Assembly: GCA_951406725.2 (NCBI GenBank)
Contig: OX597823.1
Coordinates: 107,694,001-107,758,000, forward strand
DNA: 64,000 nt
Reading direction: 5' to 3'
DNA from: Octopus vulgaris
Taxonomy: Eukaryota
Program-made: the position numbers and the translations under genes
Notes under the pieces: generated by a model
Told to the model about the DNA's origin: nothing
Databases searched by the model: none
Seen by the model: the letters and a program-made list of their open reading frames with translations, nothing else
Part shown: positions 27,246 to 41,660 of the stretch, piece after piece
Layout of the letters: each line of letters starts with the position of its first letter
Numbering within the stretch: the stretch's first letter is position 1

Positions 27246-28997
27246 ATTATTTTAAAGATAATGAGTGAATTTACAAACAATTACAGATAAATAGATCATA
27301 ATAAATTGTCGAAATTTTTGTACTAATTGAAGAATTTCTACCTCACTCACTTGTTGACTATCCTAGAATTACTTGATAGATGTATACAGTCACATATATG
27401 TAGGCATAAGCGTATAATATACTACATATACATAGACAAACGTATACCTACCCAATTATAGAAATTTATATTCACTGATAAATACTGGGACCTCCATATT
27501 ATAATAAAATTATGTACAACCAGTTACACATAGAAAAGCATATATATACACATATACACATCTAGAATTTGAATTTCAATACATACATAAACACTCAGTC
27601 AAGTAAGTATAGTTAGACATTTCTATAAAGGTATATCCACTTACCTTTAATTTTGGTTACACATATGAAAAGATGCAAGTAAAATAGTACTCGTGCAGAT
27701 TCATAAATGCATAGACTTGCATATAAAAACAGTCATTCTCACATTATACACTCACACATATACACATATAAAAATCTATATACACAAACACACCTATACA
27801 TATACATTAATTTATATATATATAAACTCATCTCTTGTACTCGTCTAGCAAGTGACTTGATCTGAAACTGTATTGAAAGTGAAGTAGTTTCATCACAGAA
27901 GACCCATTTATTTAATAACATACAAAGCTGTTAAATTCAATCTAAATTTACTGCATGAGGTACCAGATTTTTCATCACACACCTGCTCACAGCATGGTCA
28001 TTGACAGTTCCACACAGTTGTGCAACAAAAATTTTTTCACCTTATGAAATAAATTTTAATTTAAAGTCAATTTACATTGTGCTGTTAAATGGCCCCTTCC
28101 ATGCTGTAGTTGCTGTATCATTTTGTATGCACACACACCTACTCACACACGTGTGTGTTTATGTCATGTGAATGCGGGTGTGTGTGTATGTTTGTGTCTC
28201 CTTGTCTTCATATTGCATAACAGTTGAAAATGAGCATCACTGTCTTAGAAGCAATGTCATTCATTTTCAATTTCCTGCAGAAACATGTCTGGCCATGGGA
28301 ATATATTATCTTGCTTACAAGGTGGTGGAGGGTTGGCAACAGGAAGGGCATGCTGTTGTAGAAAATCTGCTTCAATAAACTCTATTAACTCATAGAAAAG
28401 TGGATATTAAAATAATGATGATGATGATGATGATATATCAAATGGTATTTAATAAATGCATTGATATAAGATGCATTCCATATATTTGATAAAAAACTTC
28501 TGAAGAAGAACAATGAATTTTTTATTAAAAATAGTTTAAAGGATTGGATCCAAAGAGAATTTGAGTTTAAAATGATAAGCACTACTTTCTGTGATTATAG
28601 AAAGAAACTCCAGCTACTCTTTTATGAAACCACTGTGTGCCTATCCTGTCAGAACTGCCAGTGTTTCACACATATATTAGAAGTTATACCATGACTTATG
28701 CCAAGGAATGTGGATAAATTTTACAGGATTTATCACCCATTGTTTATTTACTTCAGTTCATTTGTGAATGATAGAGGCACTGAAAGTCCATTGAAAACTT
28801 CAAGGAGTAGAATTCAATGCTCTCTTCATTCATTCAACCACTGAACTCCATGATAAAAGAATTATGTAAACAAGACATGTAAATTAAAAATGTGCGTGTA
28901 TGTAAAGATTTTAAATTTATATATTTCTTTCCTGTTCTGCACACTGAAAGAAACACACACACGCATGCACACACACACACCCACACACACCCACACA

Positions 28998-29221
28998 TTC
29001 TTTTATCCTTTTACTTGTTTCAATCATCACACTGCTGCCATGCTGGAGCACCACCTTGAGGAATTTTTTTGGGTTGAAATAATTGACCCCAGTCCATATT
29101 TTGAAACCTAGTACTTATTCTATTGGTTTCTTTAGATGAACTGCTAAGTTACAGGTATGTAAACACACCAACATGAGTTGTCAAGAGATGGTGGGGGACA
29201 AACAGACACAAAGACACATAC

Positions 29222-29286
<65 letters not shown>

Positions 29287-29720
29287 CAAGTTTGTTTGCC
29301 AACATAACATAGCAGTCCTGGTTTAGGATGAATGTTGCTGTAATGTAGCCCCAGGAGAGCTCCTGGAGCTAAATTACAGCAACATTCGTCCTAAACCATG
29401 ACTGTTATGTTATGTTGGCAAACAATCTTTACTCTAGAGTACTGTTGCTGAATATCTCTCATTGAGAGATTTACAAATAGTAATTTTCCAATATATATAT
29501 ATATATAGATGTTATTATTATTCAATCCAAGGAAAAAACAATTTCACTCAGAGGGATGGAACCCCCCCCCCACACACACACACACATATACGATGGGCTT
29601 CTTTCAGTTTCTGTCAACCAAATCCTCATAAGGCTTTGGTCAGTTTGAGATTATAGTAGAAGACATTTGCACAAGGTTCCATGCAGTGGGACTGAACCCA
29701 GAGCCATAAGGTTGTGATGG
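28998..29720 (-). mobile_element. tRNA-derived SINE split by fold-back insert B
   Basis: Tail half 28998-29220 and head half 29585-29720, with the insert inside the internal (CA)n(TA)n tract. Confidence 0.75.
29287..29490 (+). mobile_element. Fold-back insert B in (TA)n (PLE-like)
   Basis: Arms 29292-29357 and 29360-29425 are reverse complements with a 2-nt loop. Tail 29426-29490; (TA)n flanks. Confidence 0.75.
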
Positions 29721-29831
29721 CAAGTTACATCATATGCTTGAGAACCACTGTCACCACAAGCAAAACTCAGAAAAACAAAAAACTGACTTGACCAAAATTA
29801 AGATGTATTATGTGTGTATATCACTGATTTC

Positions 29832-30225
29832 CCATCATCATTGTTTTAATGTCCACTTTTCCATGCTTGTCTGCATCTAATGAAGTTTATTTAAGCAGGT
29901 TTCCTACAGCTAGATGCAGTTCCTGTTCCCAGCACTCATCTGTTTCCAAGTGAGGTAATATTTTCTCATAGCCAGACAATTTCTCGTAGAATATCGGATA
30001 GAAATAACATTTACTTACAACATTCATACCATGTCAAGATATAAGGACACAAATATACACATACTCAGTCACACACTCACAAACACACACACACATTGCA
30101 TACAAAGAGTTGTTCAGCCCCAGCCTGTAATAGAAGACACCTGCCCATCGTGTCATGCAGTGAGACTGAACCCAAAACCATGTGGTTGGGAAGCAAGCTT
30201 CTTAATCATGCACCCACATCTGTGC
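29832..30225 (-). mobile_element. SINE with RTE-type tail, diverged
   Basis: (CAT)n, ttttccatgc tail, internal CA tract and gaagacacctgccc...gactgaaccc...gggaagcaagc head. Confidence 0.65.
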
Positions 30226-31483
30226 CTAAAACCACATTTGGGTATTAGTATATATATACATGAAGTCATGAATTTAGGCCATGGTCAGTTTTTGATGAAC
30301 TGTGGAATTTACACAATCTGTCTCAGATGAAGTATACAGTTATAACCAATATTTAAACTCGGCTCCATCCTTGTAATATGATATAATAATGAGGTTATAT
30401 TATTACTGATATTTAAACAAAATATATTTTCATATCACATGTCATACTCTGCAATTATTAGCAATAATATGGGACATACTATGGTCATTCACAGACACCC
30501 TGATTAGTTATTTGAAATATTTAGATGTCAGTCACTTCAGATTGAAACACAAGTTCTTTTCAGTTATTACCAATATTAATCCAGTGATCAATCTCGTTAT
30601 ATCAATATCCAGTTATTACCAACAGTAATAACTGGACATATGTAGATCAACCCACTTATGATTAGACCCTGATCAATTAGTCTCGTTATTGTAATGATTT
30701 GGACTCTTGTCAGTTTAACATAGACTTTAAACCAATAAATGTATGTGTGCATCTAAAGTCAATGTTATGTGTACTTGTGGTCTAATGTGAATTTAAAGTT
30801 ACTTGCATTATACCAGATATGGTAATATTTCTTATATTTAGACCAAGTAGATGAATACTAAGTAGAAGTCAATGAGTAGAAGAGATATTTTTTAGATTTT
30901 TCCACAGTAACTTCAAGCTGCATTTTACCAATGTTTCTCCTAGGGATCAAACCAGCTGTGATGATTGAAAGCTGATGGACAAATTGTCATGCTTAAGCTT
31001 TTTAAAAATGTCCAACACCATGGCAAAGAAAGAATATAATGTATGGATGCATATTTTTTGGTGTATGTATATGTTTGGGTTAGTATTTGTCAATTTGCTG
31101 CTAGAAGCAGTCCAGAAGATGTGGATTCTTATAAATGTTCTGCAATGTTCACAAATTTGTGATTTAAGATATTCTACATTGTTCATTAACCTTCATAAGT
31201 ATGGTAAATTGTTTTTTTAGATTTATTAATTATTGTTATTGTAGGTATTCAACTGTACAGTTGACTCACTATATCATCTCCATAATTTTAACATCTACTT
31301 TTCTATGCTAACAAGAAGTTGACAAAATTTGTTTAGGCAAATTTTCAACAGTTTGATGTCCTTCCTGTCACCAACCTTCACTTTTTTCGAACAAGGTCAT
31401 ATTTCCCCATGGCCAAACATCTTTTTCATGGAAAACTAGAAACAAACATCACTTGTATGATGGTGATGTTCATTTATAACCAT

Positions 31484-31827
31484 AAAAAAAAAAGACCCCT
31501 TTCGGTCATGAATGACCATGGGATTGCACCTAGAAAGTTCTCCTCTGAGGCACAAGTCCAAGCAAGGTTAGTTTTATGGAAGACCAGCAGTTGCCCATGC
31601 CCACCAGTCTCCCTTCTCCATGCCACTGATGCTATCCAAGGGAAAGGCAAAGGACAATAAAGCTTGGGGCCATGGACATTACAACTCCTTTCTACAGCTG
31701 AGTGAACTGGAGCAGCAGGAAGTAAATTATCTTGCTCAAGAACACAACATATTGTGTAGTCCAGGAATCAAATTCACTACTTCAGGATTGTGAGCCTGAT
31801 GTTCTAACCACTGAGTCATGAGCCTTC
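31484..31827 (-). mobile_element. tRNA-headed SINE nested in an older SINE (31270-32085), 8-bp TSD
   Basis: Minus-strand head gaaggctcatgactcagtggttagaacatcaggctcacaatc. TSD ataaccat at 31476-31483 and 31828-31835; the host SINE resumes after 31835. Confidence 0.75.
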
Positions 31828-34800
31828 ATAACCATCACATGATGTCAAAACAAGTCTACACACACACACGCACATGCACACACACAAACACACATGCACA
31901 CACACACAAACACACAAACACAAACACACACACACACACGTCAGTTTCTATGTACCAAATCCACTTACAAGTCTTTGGCTGGCCTAGGGCTATTGTGGAA
32001 GACACTTGCCCAAGGTGCCTCACAATGGACTGAGCCTAAAAACCACATCATTAAGAAGCATGTTTCTTAGCCATGCCCCTGTGTATATACCTGCAGTTAC
32101 GCTTGCCTCTGTTGTATACTCTCACAAATATAGTTTGACAGAACATGTTGCTTATGGGTACACCACCCCAGAGTGCAATTTTCATCTTATTACACGGATG
32201 ATCTGAGTTCATCAAACATTTTCAACTTAGTACATTACATATGTAAGATGCTTATATATATTTATAGAGCATGCTGAATCATTCCTTGAGGCATTTTCCA
32301 TCAGCCATATTATCATTATTTTTGATATTCAATGTTGCTGTTTTCCCTCTGTTTATGCTGATCACTAAGTGTTGCTAACTGACATGAGCATCTCGCACAG
32401 AGGAAACCTAATAAGACAGAAACATGTCCCTTATTTTCACCAGTTGACTTTAAAGACAAAATTTATTCCTAACTATATTGTCGTTATTTTCCAAAAATTT
32501 GAAATATTTGATTTTATTTGAATTACACACCTTCCTTGTTGTTTTTAAGTTTAAACCCAACTGGCTGTATATTTTTTGCCTTCTAATTACAAGAATAATA
32601 TACGTTTATTGAAGCTTTTCAGTTCACTATACTACATATATGAGATCCTGTAATGAGTGAATCATCATACACATTCTGTTTGTATAAGAATTCTAAAGGT
32701 AATATGCTAAACTGGTGTATTATCTAGTGCTCTATGGGACGATTTGAGATTTTGAGCATTATGTGCTCTGAAAACTCTTGTTTCTTATATATTGATCCTC
32801 ATTGTTATCTACAATGCAGTGTACCTTAACATGTGCACGCACACACGCATGCAAATGCACATGCCACATGCATGCACATATATATACACTCTTTCACACA
32901 CTTGCATAAATGTATAAATAATCGCAATAGTGAATACTGATGCTTATATCTACACACATATACATAGGTAATCAGAATACATATAGTCAACAGTCTACAA
33001 TACAGATACATGCATACACAATCATGCATGTAACTACAAAATACTCTGCAAATGCACACATTTGCATACATGGATTATGACTCTCACACACAGATGATGG
33101 AACATAACAACACTTATACATATTCAAATATATATATATACAGGTGACTAAAAGCATACCCATTCAGCCATGTACTGCACCCACATACACATACACACAC
33201 ACATACACACACACCTATACAAAACATATACATTCACCTCCACCTTCTAACAACCTCCATCCAATTACTGTATCTCACTGGTAATTTGATTCTGTAAGCT
33301 GTATATTATTTATTTACCATTTCCATAGAGCTCAGTTGCTAAGCAACAGACAGACACATATACACCTGCACGCATACACACACACCTATGTGTGTGTGTG
33401 CATACATACATACATATATATTTATATACAAACACACGCACACACGCACACACACACAGACACACACACACAGACACACACATACACACACACACTTATT
33501 GTTTACATTCTTACAATCAAATGCATACACCTTCACCTAGACATTACTCTCATGCATATACATTATATAAACACCCAGGAACATGTAAATGCATCCTCTC
33601 AGATACATGCACTCATACATACAGTTAGACACATAAAAGTATGCATATATATATATTACATGTGCTCATAGACTTGTGTACACACACATTATTCATTGAA
33701 ATATGTACATAAATGCCTACACTCAATTACATCTACCTTCTTTATCTATCTCCTCTCCATATCCTTTACTGGCTCAATAACACCAATACACTTTATTATT
33801 GCACACAAAGCTGCTTCAAATCCTGCAGGTCAGTAGAGTATATGCCAAGGGATCAGACCTTTCCATTCCTTTCTGCTTGGCTTTTTGTACTGTTTCTTTT
33901 TGTCTCATCAACTGTGGTTATCAATTACAATGACTTGCATCATTAGATAGTTAATCATTTCACAAATGTTCATTATAGCTGGTCCTTAGCAATTGTTTCC
34001 AGAGCATTAAATTTAATTGAAATAAATATCGCTACTGTATTGAACCCTTAAAACCTGATATTTACCTATTCCTTTTAAGGGTATGAAGTATGTAGAATAA
34101 CATCTGGCCAGTGATGAGATGGAATTCCTATAACAGATATGACAACCACACAGTTGATAATTCAATGCCTCATCACTCAGTCTTATAAACTTTTACAAAG
34201 AAGCTGAGGCTTTGGTGAGACCTATACCAAGTCCTGAAATAGTTTTATTGTTGTTTTGTTTCCTACAAAAGTTCCTCTATGGAATCTTTTGTGGCTGTCT
34301 AAGAACCAACATTAAAAACTTTAAAGTTTATGTTGAAATTTAGTTTCTCATATATATTTCTAAATTTTACTGTGTGTTTGTAAAAGATTTCAAATGTCAT
34401 TTACATACATACAGTTGTTTGGAGCACTGTGTGTGTGTGTGTGTGTACAAGTTCTCTCACCTATGTTTGTACATTGTTCAAAACTACTATGGCTTATTTT
34501 TTCCCTGAATCTACTCACCACGATGCAACATGCACAAACACCCATACATAGGCAAATATACAGTCATACATACATCAAAACACAGTTAGTTATTACAATC
34601 AAATTAAGTTGGTAAATACAATAAAACAAAAACTCGGTTAATTACTGACAATTATTTTTAATTTCTTTTTTTAGAAATATTTCTGTCAAATTCTTTTTAA
34701 CATTGTTCTTGCCCAGGTTTAACCACCACCCTATCAGTAAAAATGTCACAGAGAACTTCAACATAGCAGCTTGATATGTGTTGCTTAACATAGCAGTAAA

Positions 34801-35067
34801 CATCTCCATCCTCAACATTAAGGACCCAATGTTTAAGTTCTTTGAAAACATGTTCCATAATAAAGTTAAGAGGCAAAAAGCTGGAATATTGATCTAATAG
34901 TGAAATTTGACCCAAACCAATAAAGCTGATAGCTAAAATGTAAAAGCATTATTTCTCCCTTTTTCTTTGCAAATCACCAACAAGTGCCACCAGGATTTTC
35001 TTTTCTTTCTTTAACTAAAAGAAGTAAACATGAGTCCCTTGAAAATTCTTGCTTTGTACATAATTAT

Positions 35068-35425
35068 TTGGCTAAGAAGCTCACTTTACAACCCTGTCAT
35101 TTTTGGTTCAGTTCCTACAGTGCAGTACCTTGGGCAAATGTCTTCCATTATAGCCCTGGGTTGACAAATACCTCATGAATGAATTTGGTATACAGAACCT
35201 GTGCAGAAACCATCATGTATATACGTGTGCCTTTGTTCCCCTGCTTCCACTGTTTGTTAGTTTCTTTACATCCCTGTAACTTAGTAGTTCAACAAAATAG
35301 ATCAATAGAATTAGTACCAGGCTTAAAAAATAAATACTGGGGTTGATTTGTTTCACTAAACCCTTCAAGGTAGTGTCCCAGGAATGTCACAGTCCAGTGA
35401 CTGAAACAGGTGAAAAATAAAAGAT
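35068..35425 (+). mobile_element. tRNA-derived SINE, diverged full-length copy
   Basis: ccttgggcaaatgtcttc...tagccctggg...ctgtaacttag...gactgaaacaggtgaaaaataaaaga, colinear with 54645-55046. Confidence 0.75.
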
Positions 35426-35753
35426 AGAAATACATCCTTCAGTACATCACCATCTATCTCAAGTTTCTAAGTTCATGCCCTTATTTCCCTTAGCTAACTA
35501 TGTGTGTGTGTGTGTGTGTGTGTAAATGTGTATGCATGCATGTGTTTTGGGCTGCTACATAGTTTATGACATTCACAATGCATGGTTGATCTGAGGCTAT
35601 AGTAAAAGACACTTTTACTAAATGCCACTCATTGGGATCAAACCCAACAACTGACAATTGTGACGCAAACTTCTTAACAACTCAGCCATGCTTTCTCTTA
35701 AATGTATTCACGTGCGCACACACACACACTCACACATGCAGGTTGTGTGTGTA

Positions 35754-36154
35754 TCATCATCATCATCATTCTCATCATCGTTTAAACGTTTGCTTTCCAT
35801 GCTGGTATGGGTTGGACGGTTCAACTGGGGTCTTGGAAGCCAGAAGGCTGCACCAGGCTCCAGTCTGATCTGGCAGTGTTTCTACAGCTGGATGCCCTTC
35901 CTAACGCCAACCACTCCGTGAGTGTAGTGGGTGCTTTTTACGTGCCACCAGCACAGGTGCCAGACGAGGCTGGCAAACGGCCATGATCAGTTGGTGCTTT
36001 TTACATGCCACCGGCACGGGGACCAGACGAAGCTGGCAATGGCCACGGTTGGATGGTGCTTTTTACGTGCCACCGGCACGAATGCCAGTCGGGCGGCACT
36101 GGCCACAGCCATGTTCGGATGGTTCTCTTACGTGCCACCGGCACTGGTATTACA

Positions 36155-36155
<1 letters not shown>
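35754..36155 (-). mobile_element. RTE 3'UTR-type repeat
   Basis: (CAT)n, then the antisense of the 10695-11027 tail with about 4 ggtgctttttacgtgccac units. Confidence 0.85.
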
Positions 36156-36196
<41 letters not shown>

Positions 36197-38782
36197 CATG
36201 CAAACATGCACACACACACTAACAAAATAGACAAGATAAAAGTTGCTATAAATAATCTAGAGTTGTTCTTATGAAGATATATTCAGTTTTATAAAACCTT
36301 ATATGAATTCTCTTGAAAAGTTAATTTCTGTATCAGAAATTGAATTGTTTTCCACTAGGCTTTTAACAGTCCAGTGTATAATAAAAGCACTGTTCTATAG
36401 ATATGTGCTGAATATGTTGATAGAAGTAACATCAGATGTCCACTTCATGGCAAGTGCACCACATGTCTACTTAATGGCCAATGCACCACAGAGACTGCTG
36501 TATATGGGGTCATGACAGAAGGGTTAGAGCAGAGAACCATCACCATACTTTTCATACCAGCATTTCTTACTGGGTCTTTTCTGATTTCTTGGGAGCATAA
36601 CCAATTGGTGAAATTGGCTAAAATGGATCTACAACACTATATTGACAAAATATGAATAGACCCTTTTTATTGACACATATATGAGTGCCTGTTTTCTCAG
36701 ATTAATGGTTTCTTAGATGACTCTTTCTTTCTTTGTATGTATGTATGTGCGCATGTGTGTATGTGTTTATATGTGTCTGTGTGTCTGTGTATATATAAAA
36801 CACACACACACACACATGCTCACACATCTACACATACACACACAAACTCTATTTCAAAGCTTTACATGCAGGCAGAGATCTTAAAACACCTCACTTCATT
36901 CATTAAAAAACTGGACCCATTAAAATATTAATTTCCACCCCCCACTGCCAACATATCGGACTGCACACCTCCACTGTATTTATTTGTCTCATGTGTCACC
37001 ATTTTCTATGTCTGTATTGTGAGGTTTGCAATTTTGATAAGTGACTTTGATGAGTTCATCCGAAGCTTGGTGGAGATGGGTCGGTTGTGCAGGTCACGTG
37101 ACTGTTGCATAGAAATTAGTACTTAGTTGTCTTCTGTTGAACTCTGGGTGAATTTAATCCCATCAATGCTTAACAAACCATCAATTATGCATGGACTTAG
37201 AATTTTTCATGGATCAATGAACAGACAGACACACACACACAAACGCACACACAGATGCATACATATATATATATGCATGTGTGTATGAGTATATGTGTGC
37301 ATATACACACACACCCGGAGACTTAGCATACATAAAAAAACACATTTGAATAAAAATAGATTTACATTAATGCCTAATCACATAAACACATACATATATA
37401 AGCAGAATTGTATACACATACTGTGTAACAAACATACATAAGTCTTTACCTAAACAAACTGATTTGCTTCTCCAGACAAAACAAGTCATCATCATTGTCG
37501 TTTAACGTCCCCTTTCCATGCTGGCATGGGTTGGACGGTTTGACTGAGGACTGGCAAGCCAGATGGCTGCACCTGACTCCAATCTGTATACATATAAAAG
37601 CTATGCTGCTTACTGATACATATGTGCACATTCACACATACATCTACATTTATGTTATCATACATATACATATCCATTATATACACATGCAATCTCACAT
37701 TAACAGATACTCACATCTTTTTGTACATCATCAATATGGCATACTCTGAGTAAAATAGCATCCATTCCAATGCAAAATATACACTAACTCTACAGAAAGA
37801 CTGGTACTATGTACACATTAAAATTACATTCACTACAACTTTATACATGTGCCACACAATACTGGACTCATACCAAATCTACAGCTACATCAACACTGTT
37901 CTGAGACTAGCACTTCGACTCTCATCAAATCTACACATCTCTCAATATCATTCTTAGATAAATACTACACCCACACTAAATCTAGAGTACTATCAACGCT
38001 AGTCCAGGACTAATACTACACACACACCAACACTATTATAAGATAAACCCTACACTAGTGATGCACTCAAATGAAGTTGATAGTAACAAAGACAATCGCA
38101 CTAATACAACACTAACATCACTTGTTTCCTACAAATCAATACTGAAAGATATACTACACCAATATACACACTCCTTACCACCTTTTGTATTACCACCATT
38201 GCTATCTCCACCAAGATACAAAATCAGTAACACAATACCATAATAAACTATAATCAACAAACACACTGTGATTGATGATTCTGTGTTATAGATAATGGCT
38301 GACACCATTACTACCACCACTTCTCTATCTAGCCATCTCTGCTCATCTCCTTCCTGTGGATGTATGCATATGTTTGCATACACACATATGTGTGTGTGTG
38401 TGTGTGTGTGGAATAAATGTGAGACAATGGCATACAACCAGTCCAAGCTTCTAGAAATACTGAACCAGTTCAGGTGATGTGTTTTCTTAGGCCACCAATG
38501 CTAGAGCTGTTAAGTCTTTGGCATGACAGGCTTAAAGGGGTTGGGGGAACTTTGTAGACTGTGTATGTAAAAAGTATTCCAGTTATCTATTGATATATGA
38601 ACTGCAAAGAGGAATAGAAGAGAAAAGATGATGACAGCAGAAAGGCCAGAAATGAGTGGGTGAGAGAGGTAACAGTGCTAGTGTAGAGAGCACTCAGTAA
38701 TCTAGATATGTATATTTGGTCAGGTGTCCAAGGAGAAGAAAAAGAGAGAATATGATTGGTAGGTGAAAGGAACAAGAGTATG

Positions 38783-39700
38783 ATGGACGTGAGAAAACCT
38801 TTTGACTAGGCCCCTGCTCTCTTATCAAGCGGTCGATGCAGAAGCTAGGAATAAATTAGTGGTTGGTGTGAGCTATACAAGCCATGTACAGAGATACAGT
38901 CAGTAAGGTGGCAGTCAGCTATGAGTATAACAATGAATTTAGTGTTCCAGTAGGTGTTCACCAAGGATCAGTCCTCCATCCACTCTTGTTTATTATAGAC
39001 CACCAGGCTATAACAAAGGAATTTAAGACTGACTGTCTGACCTTCGTAGCTCCTCTATGCTGATGACTTTGTCTTTATAGCTGAATCACTATCAGTAATA
39101 GAGAAGAAATTTCAGGTGTTGAAGTAAAGTCTAAAACAAAGGGCCTTAGAATTAATTTAGCAAAGACCATAGTCCTAGTAATTAGGAAAACAGACTAAGT
39201 ACTAATCCCTTCAGGTGTAGGAAGAAGTTCCATACTGTATGCCAAATGCAGCAAACTATGGACAGATAAGAAGTGCAGTGATATCACAGAAAGGTTAAGA
39301 GAGAAAGTAGTCTTTGTGTATGGCAAATGTGCAGGTACAATAAGCACTAATAATGTACATAAAATAGATTTCTGCAAACGTTCAGGGGGTCTTCAGAAGT
39401 AGTTGATAACTTCCGCTACATAGGTAACCAAATTGACAGTGGAGGAGGATGCTCTGAAAGCATAGTTACTAGAATAAGAATGGGCTGGGCAAAGTTCAAA
39501 AAGCTTCCACCTAAGTGCCTCTCCCTCAAAGTGAAGGTCAGATAGTATGAAGCTTGTGTATGAACATCTATGTTAGAGGCCGTGGAACATGGACTGTGAC
39601 TACAAAGGACATGCAAAGGCTAGAAAGAAATGAAGCCAGTGTGCTGTGTATGAATAACAGAGTGTAAATGATTTAAGAGAAAAATTGGGTATGAGAGCCA
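38783..39700 (+). pseudogene. RTE-clade LINE reverse transcriptase relic
   Basis: Translates to AIQAMYRDTVSKV...FSVPVGVHQGSVLHPLLFII...LLYADD (39056-39067)...RIRMGWAKFKKLPP, with stops and frameshifts. Confidence 0.9.
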
Positions 39701-39889
39701 AATAAGATGACAAGCAGGTAGAATCATTAGCACATCAGGTAAAATGCTTAGGGACATTTTCTTCCAGCTTAATGTTCTGAGTTTGAATTCTGCCAAGAGT
39801 TGAACACTGGGGATGAGGGAATCAACTAGCCTCCTATGCCAAAATTTCAGGACTTGTGCTGGATCTTTGTGGTTATCATCACTGCATGT

Positions 39890-40612
39890 CGAAATCTTTA
39901 AAAAAAATTTTTAATGTAGCACAAAGATGTAATTTTTGACACTGAACCTGAATTTGTCATTATTCATTTATTCTAGAAATTTTTTGCAAAAATGTCGCAG
40001 GTGTTCAACGTTTGATAATTTTCAGAATTTTCAGCCAACCACAAAAGACCGTGTTCGCTGCCTCTTCTATCATCTGTCACAGTAGTGAGAAAGGAGGAGG
40101 GGAACCGACATGTCAAAACATTAAACTAGTAAACAGTGTAAAACATTAAAAGATTCGTGGGCAAATTAAATATTTAAAAGCTATGAGAAAAGCAACTGGA
40201 GTTGCTAGAAATAACAGTCAAAACATTGCTTAAACAGTCATTTAAACAGTCATTAAAGAACTCAAGAACGAAAGTTTGCAATACACTCTAGGATTTTATG
40301 AAATAAATTGCTTTTCTCATATCTCTTCCACATAAATTCACAAAGATAAGAGTCAACCATGGAATGGTGTGTCCCACACCGGTGTTTGTTCCACGCTTTA
40401 AAGATGCCCAACTACTCTCAATTTTTTGATTACACTCAATTTGGTGATAACACTCCTTGTGCACATGTGCAGCATCTTTGGTTACTGTGGAAACAGAGTT
40501 CCTCACAATCAGCTATGGAACACGTGGTGCTTCTTTGCTTAATATGCTAACAGAACTTGCTTTTGTAAAATACTCGCTTCTGATTGGCTAAAATACCCAA
40601 ATTTTAAAGCCC
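39890..40612 (-). mobile_element. Internally deleted Merlin (ISXO2/IS1595-like) DNA transposon
   Basis: Minus strand 40440-40320: NQKIESSWASLKR-(frameshift)-WNKHRCGTHHSMVDSYLCEFMWKRY, the TQxIESxW...YLxEFxWR C-terminal signature. A CxxC remnant lies just upstream. Outer boundaries are approximate. Confidence 0.7.
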
Positions 40613-41047
40613 CACCACCTCATTTTATAAATCCTCTTCTCTTTACCTTTCATTCTCCCTTTCTCTTGCTCCTTTTATCCCCTTCTTTTTTACCCCTCTA
40701 TACACATATCCATCCTCCTAACTTAGAAGCCATCTTACTGCTTTAACCATATAAACTGAAATATTCCCATCAATTGCTTCATGTTTTGAAATGCTTTAAC
40801 TGAGAAAGGTCTTACAAAATGGATGCATTTCCAATTATATATTATGCACACCCAAAATGTGTGTCTTAAATGATTTCAAAATATCACAATTTGGTGTGAC
40901 TTCATAAGTGTAACTTATATGACTCAATACCAGTAAAAACTAACTGGTCCAGACTCCACTTATACAGATACTCTGACAATGATTTCGGGTAGTTTGTTTT
41001 TGTGACTCAAGTCAAAAATTCTAGTACTATGCATTGCTTCTTAGCAT

Positions 41048-41086
<39 letters not shown>

Positions 41087-41088
<2 letters not shown>

Positions 41089-41324
41089 CTAAAAATAAGG
41101 GTGTCTGAGAGACACCACCATGCCAAAATAGACTTTGTTCCTCTGTCTTATCTCATGGTGCGATATGAACATTTAAGGTGGTTTTTAGAGTCAGGGATTT
41201 GACTGCCATTTCGGCATGGTGGTGTCTCTCAGACACCCTTATTTTTAATTGTAAAAAATTATTACCTTTGTATGGTAATTTATTCCCATGCTGGCCACTT
41301 GATAATATCGATATTATCCTTATT

Positions 41325-41330
<6 letters not shown>
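41087..41330 (+). mobile_element. Fold-back insert C in (TA)n (PLE-like)
   Basis: Arms 41087-41129 and 41208-41250 with a 78-nt spacer. Tail 41251-41330 contains the palindrome gataatatcgatattatc. (TA)n flanks. Confidence 0.75.
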
Positions 41331-41388
<58 letters not shown>

Positions 41389-41433
41389 AACAGTCAACAG
41401 ATGAGATCCAGAGATGCTCAATATAGAAAACAC

Positions 41434-41660
41434 TTAGTAGTGCTCAAATGATTTGAACTTACACTCTGAAATTTTACCAAGGATTAAGTCCACAGGGTAA
41501 AGTGTGGCTATAGAAGGAATCCAGTTGAGCTGAACACAGACACCTAATTGACTGTAGTGTTTAAATGCATCCACTACGTGTTGCATATAATTAACTTTGT
41601 GTGAACTCCATTTCTCAATATTATTATGTAGTTCTGAAACCAAGAAATATTTGACGCACC
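41434..41660 (-). pseudogene. Possible Tc1/mariner-family transposase C-terminal relic
   Basis: VSELHNNIE...MQHVVDAFKH..LGVC...KSFEHY* resembles the ELKxxI...F..RL..C...FEH ending of Tc1-like transposases. Confidence 0.35.

Noticed and set aside
26310-27290. Five ORFs of 263-313 aa
   Set aside because: Stop-free read-through of the (CATA)n array (MYVC/HTYI repeats), not proteins.
34656-34920. Possible Tc1-like relic (LPLNFIMEHV)
   Set aside because: A single weak motif is insufficient.
37045-37070. tttgatgagttcatccgaagctt hammerhead-like motif
   Set aside because: Both cores are imperfect and flanking stems are not evident.
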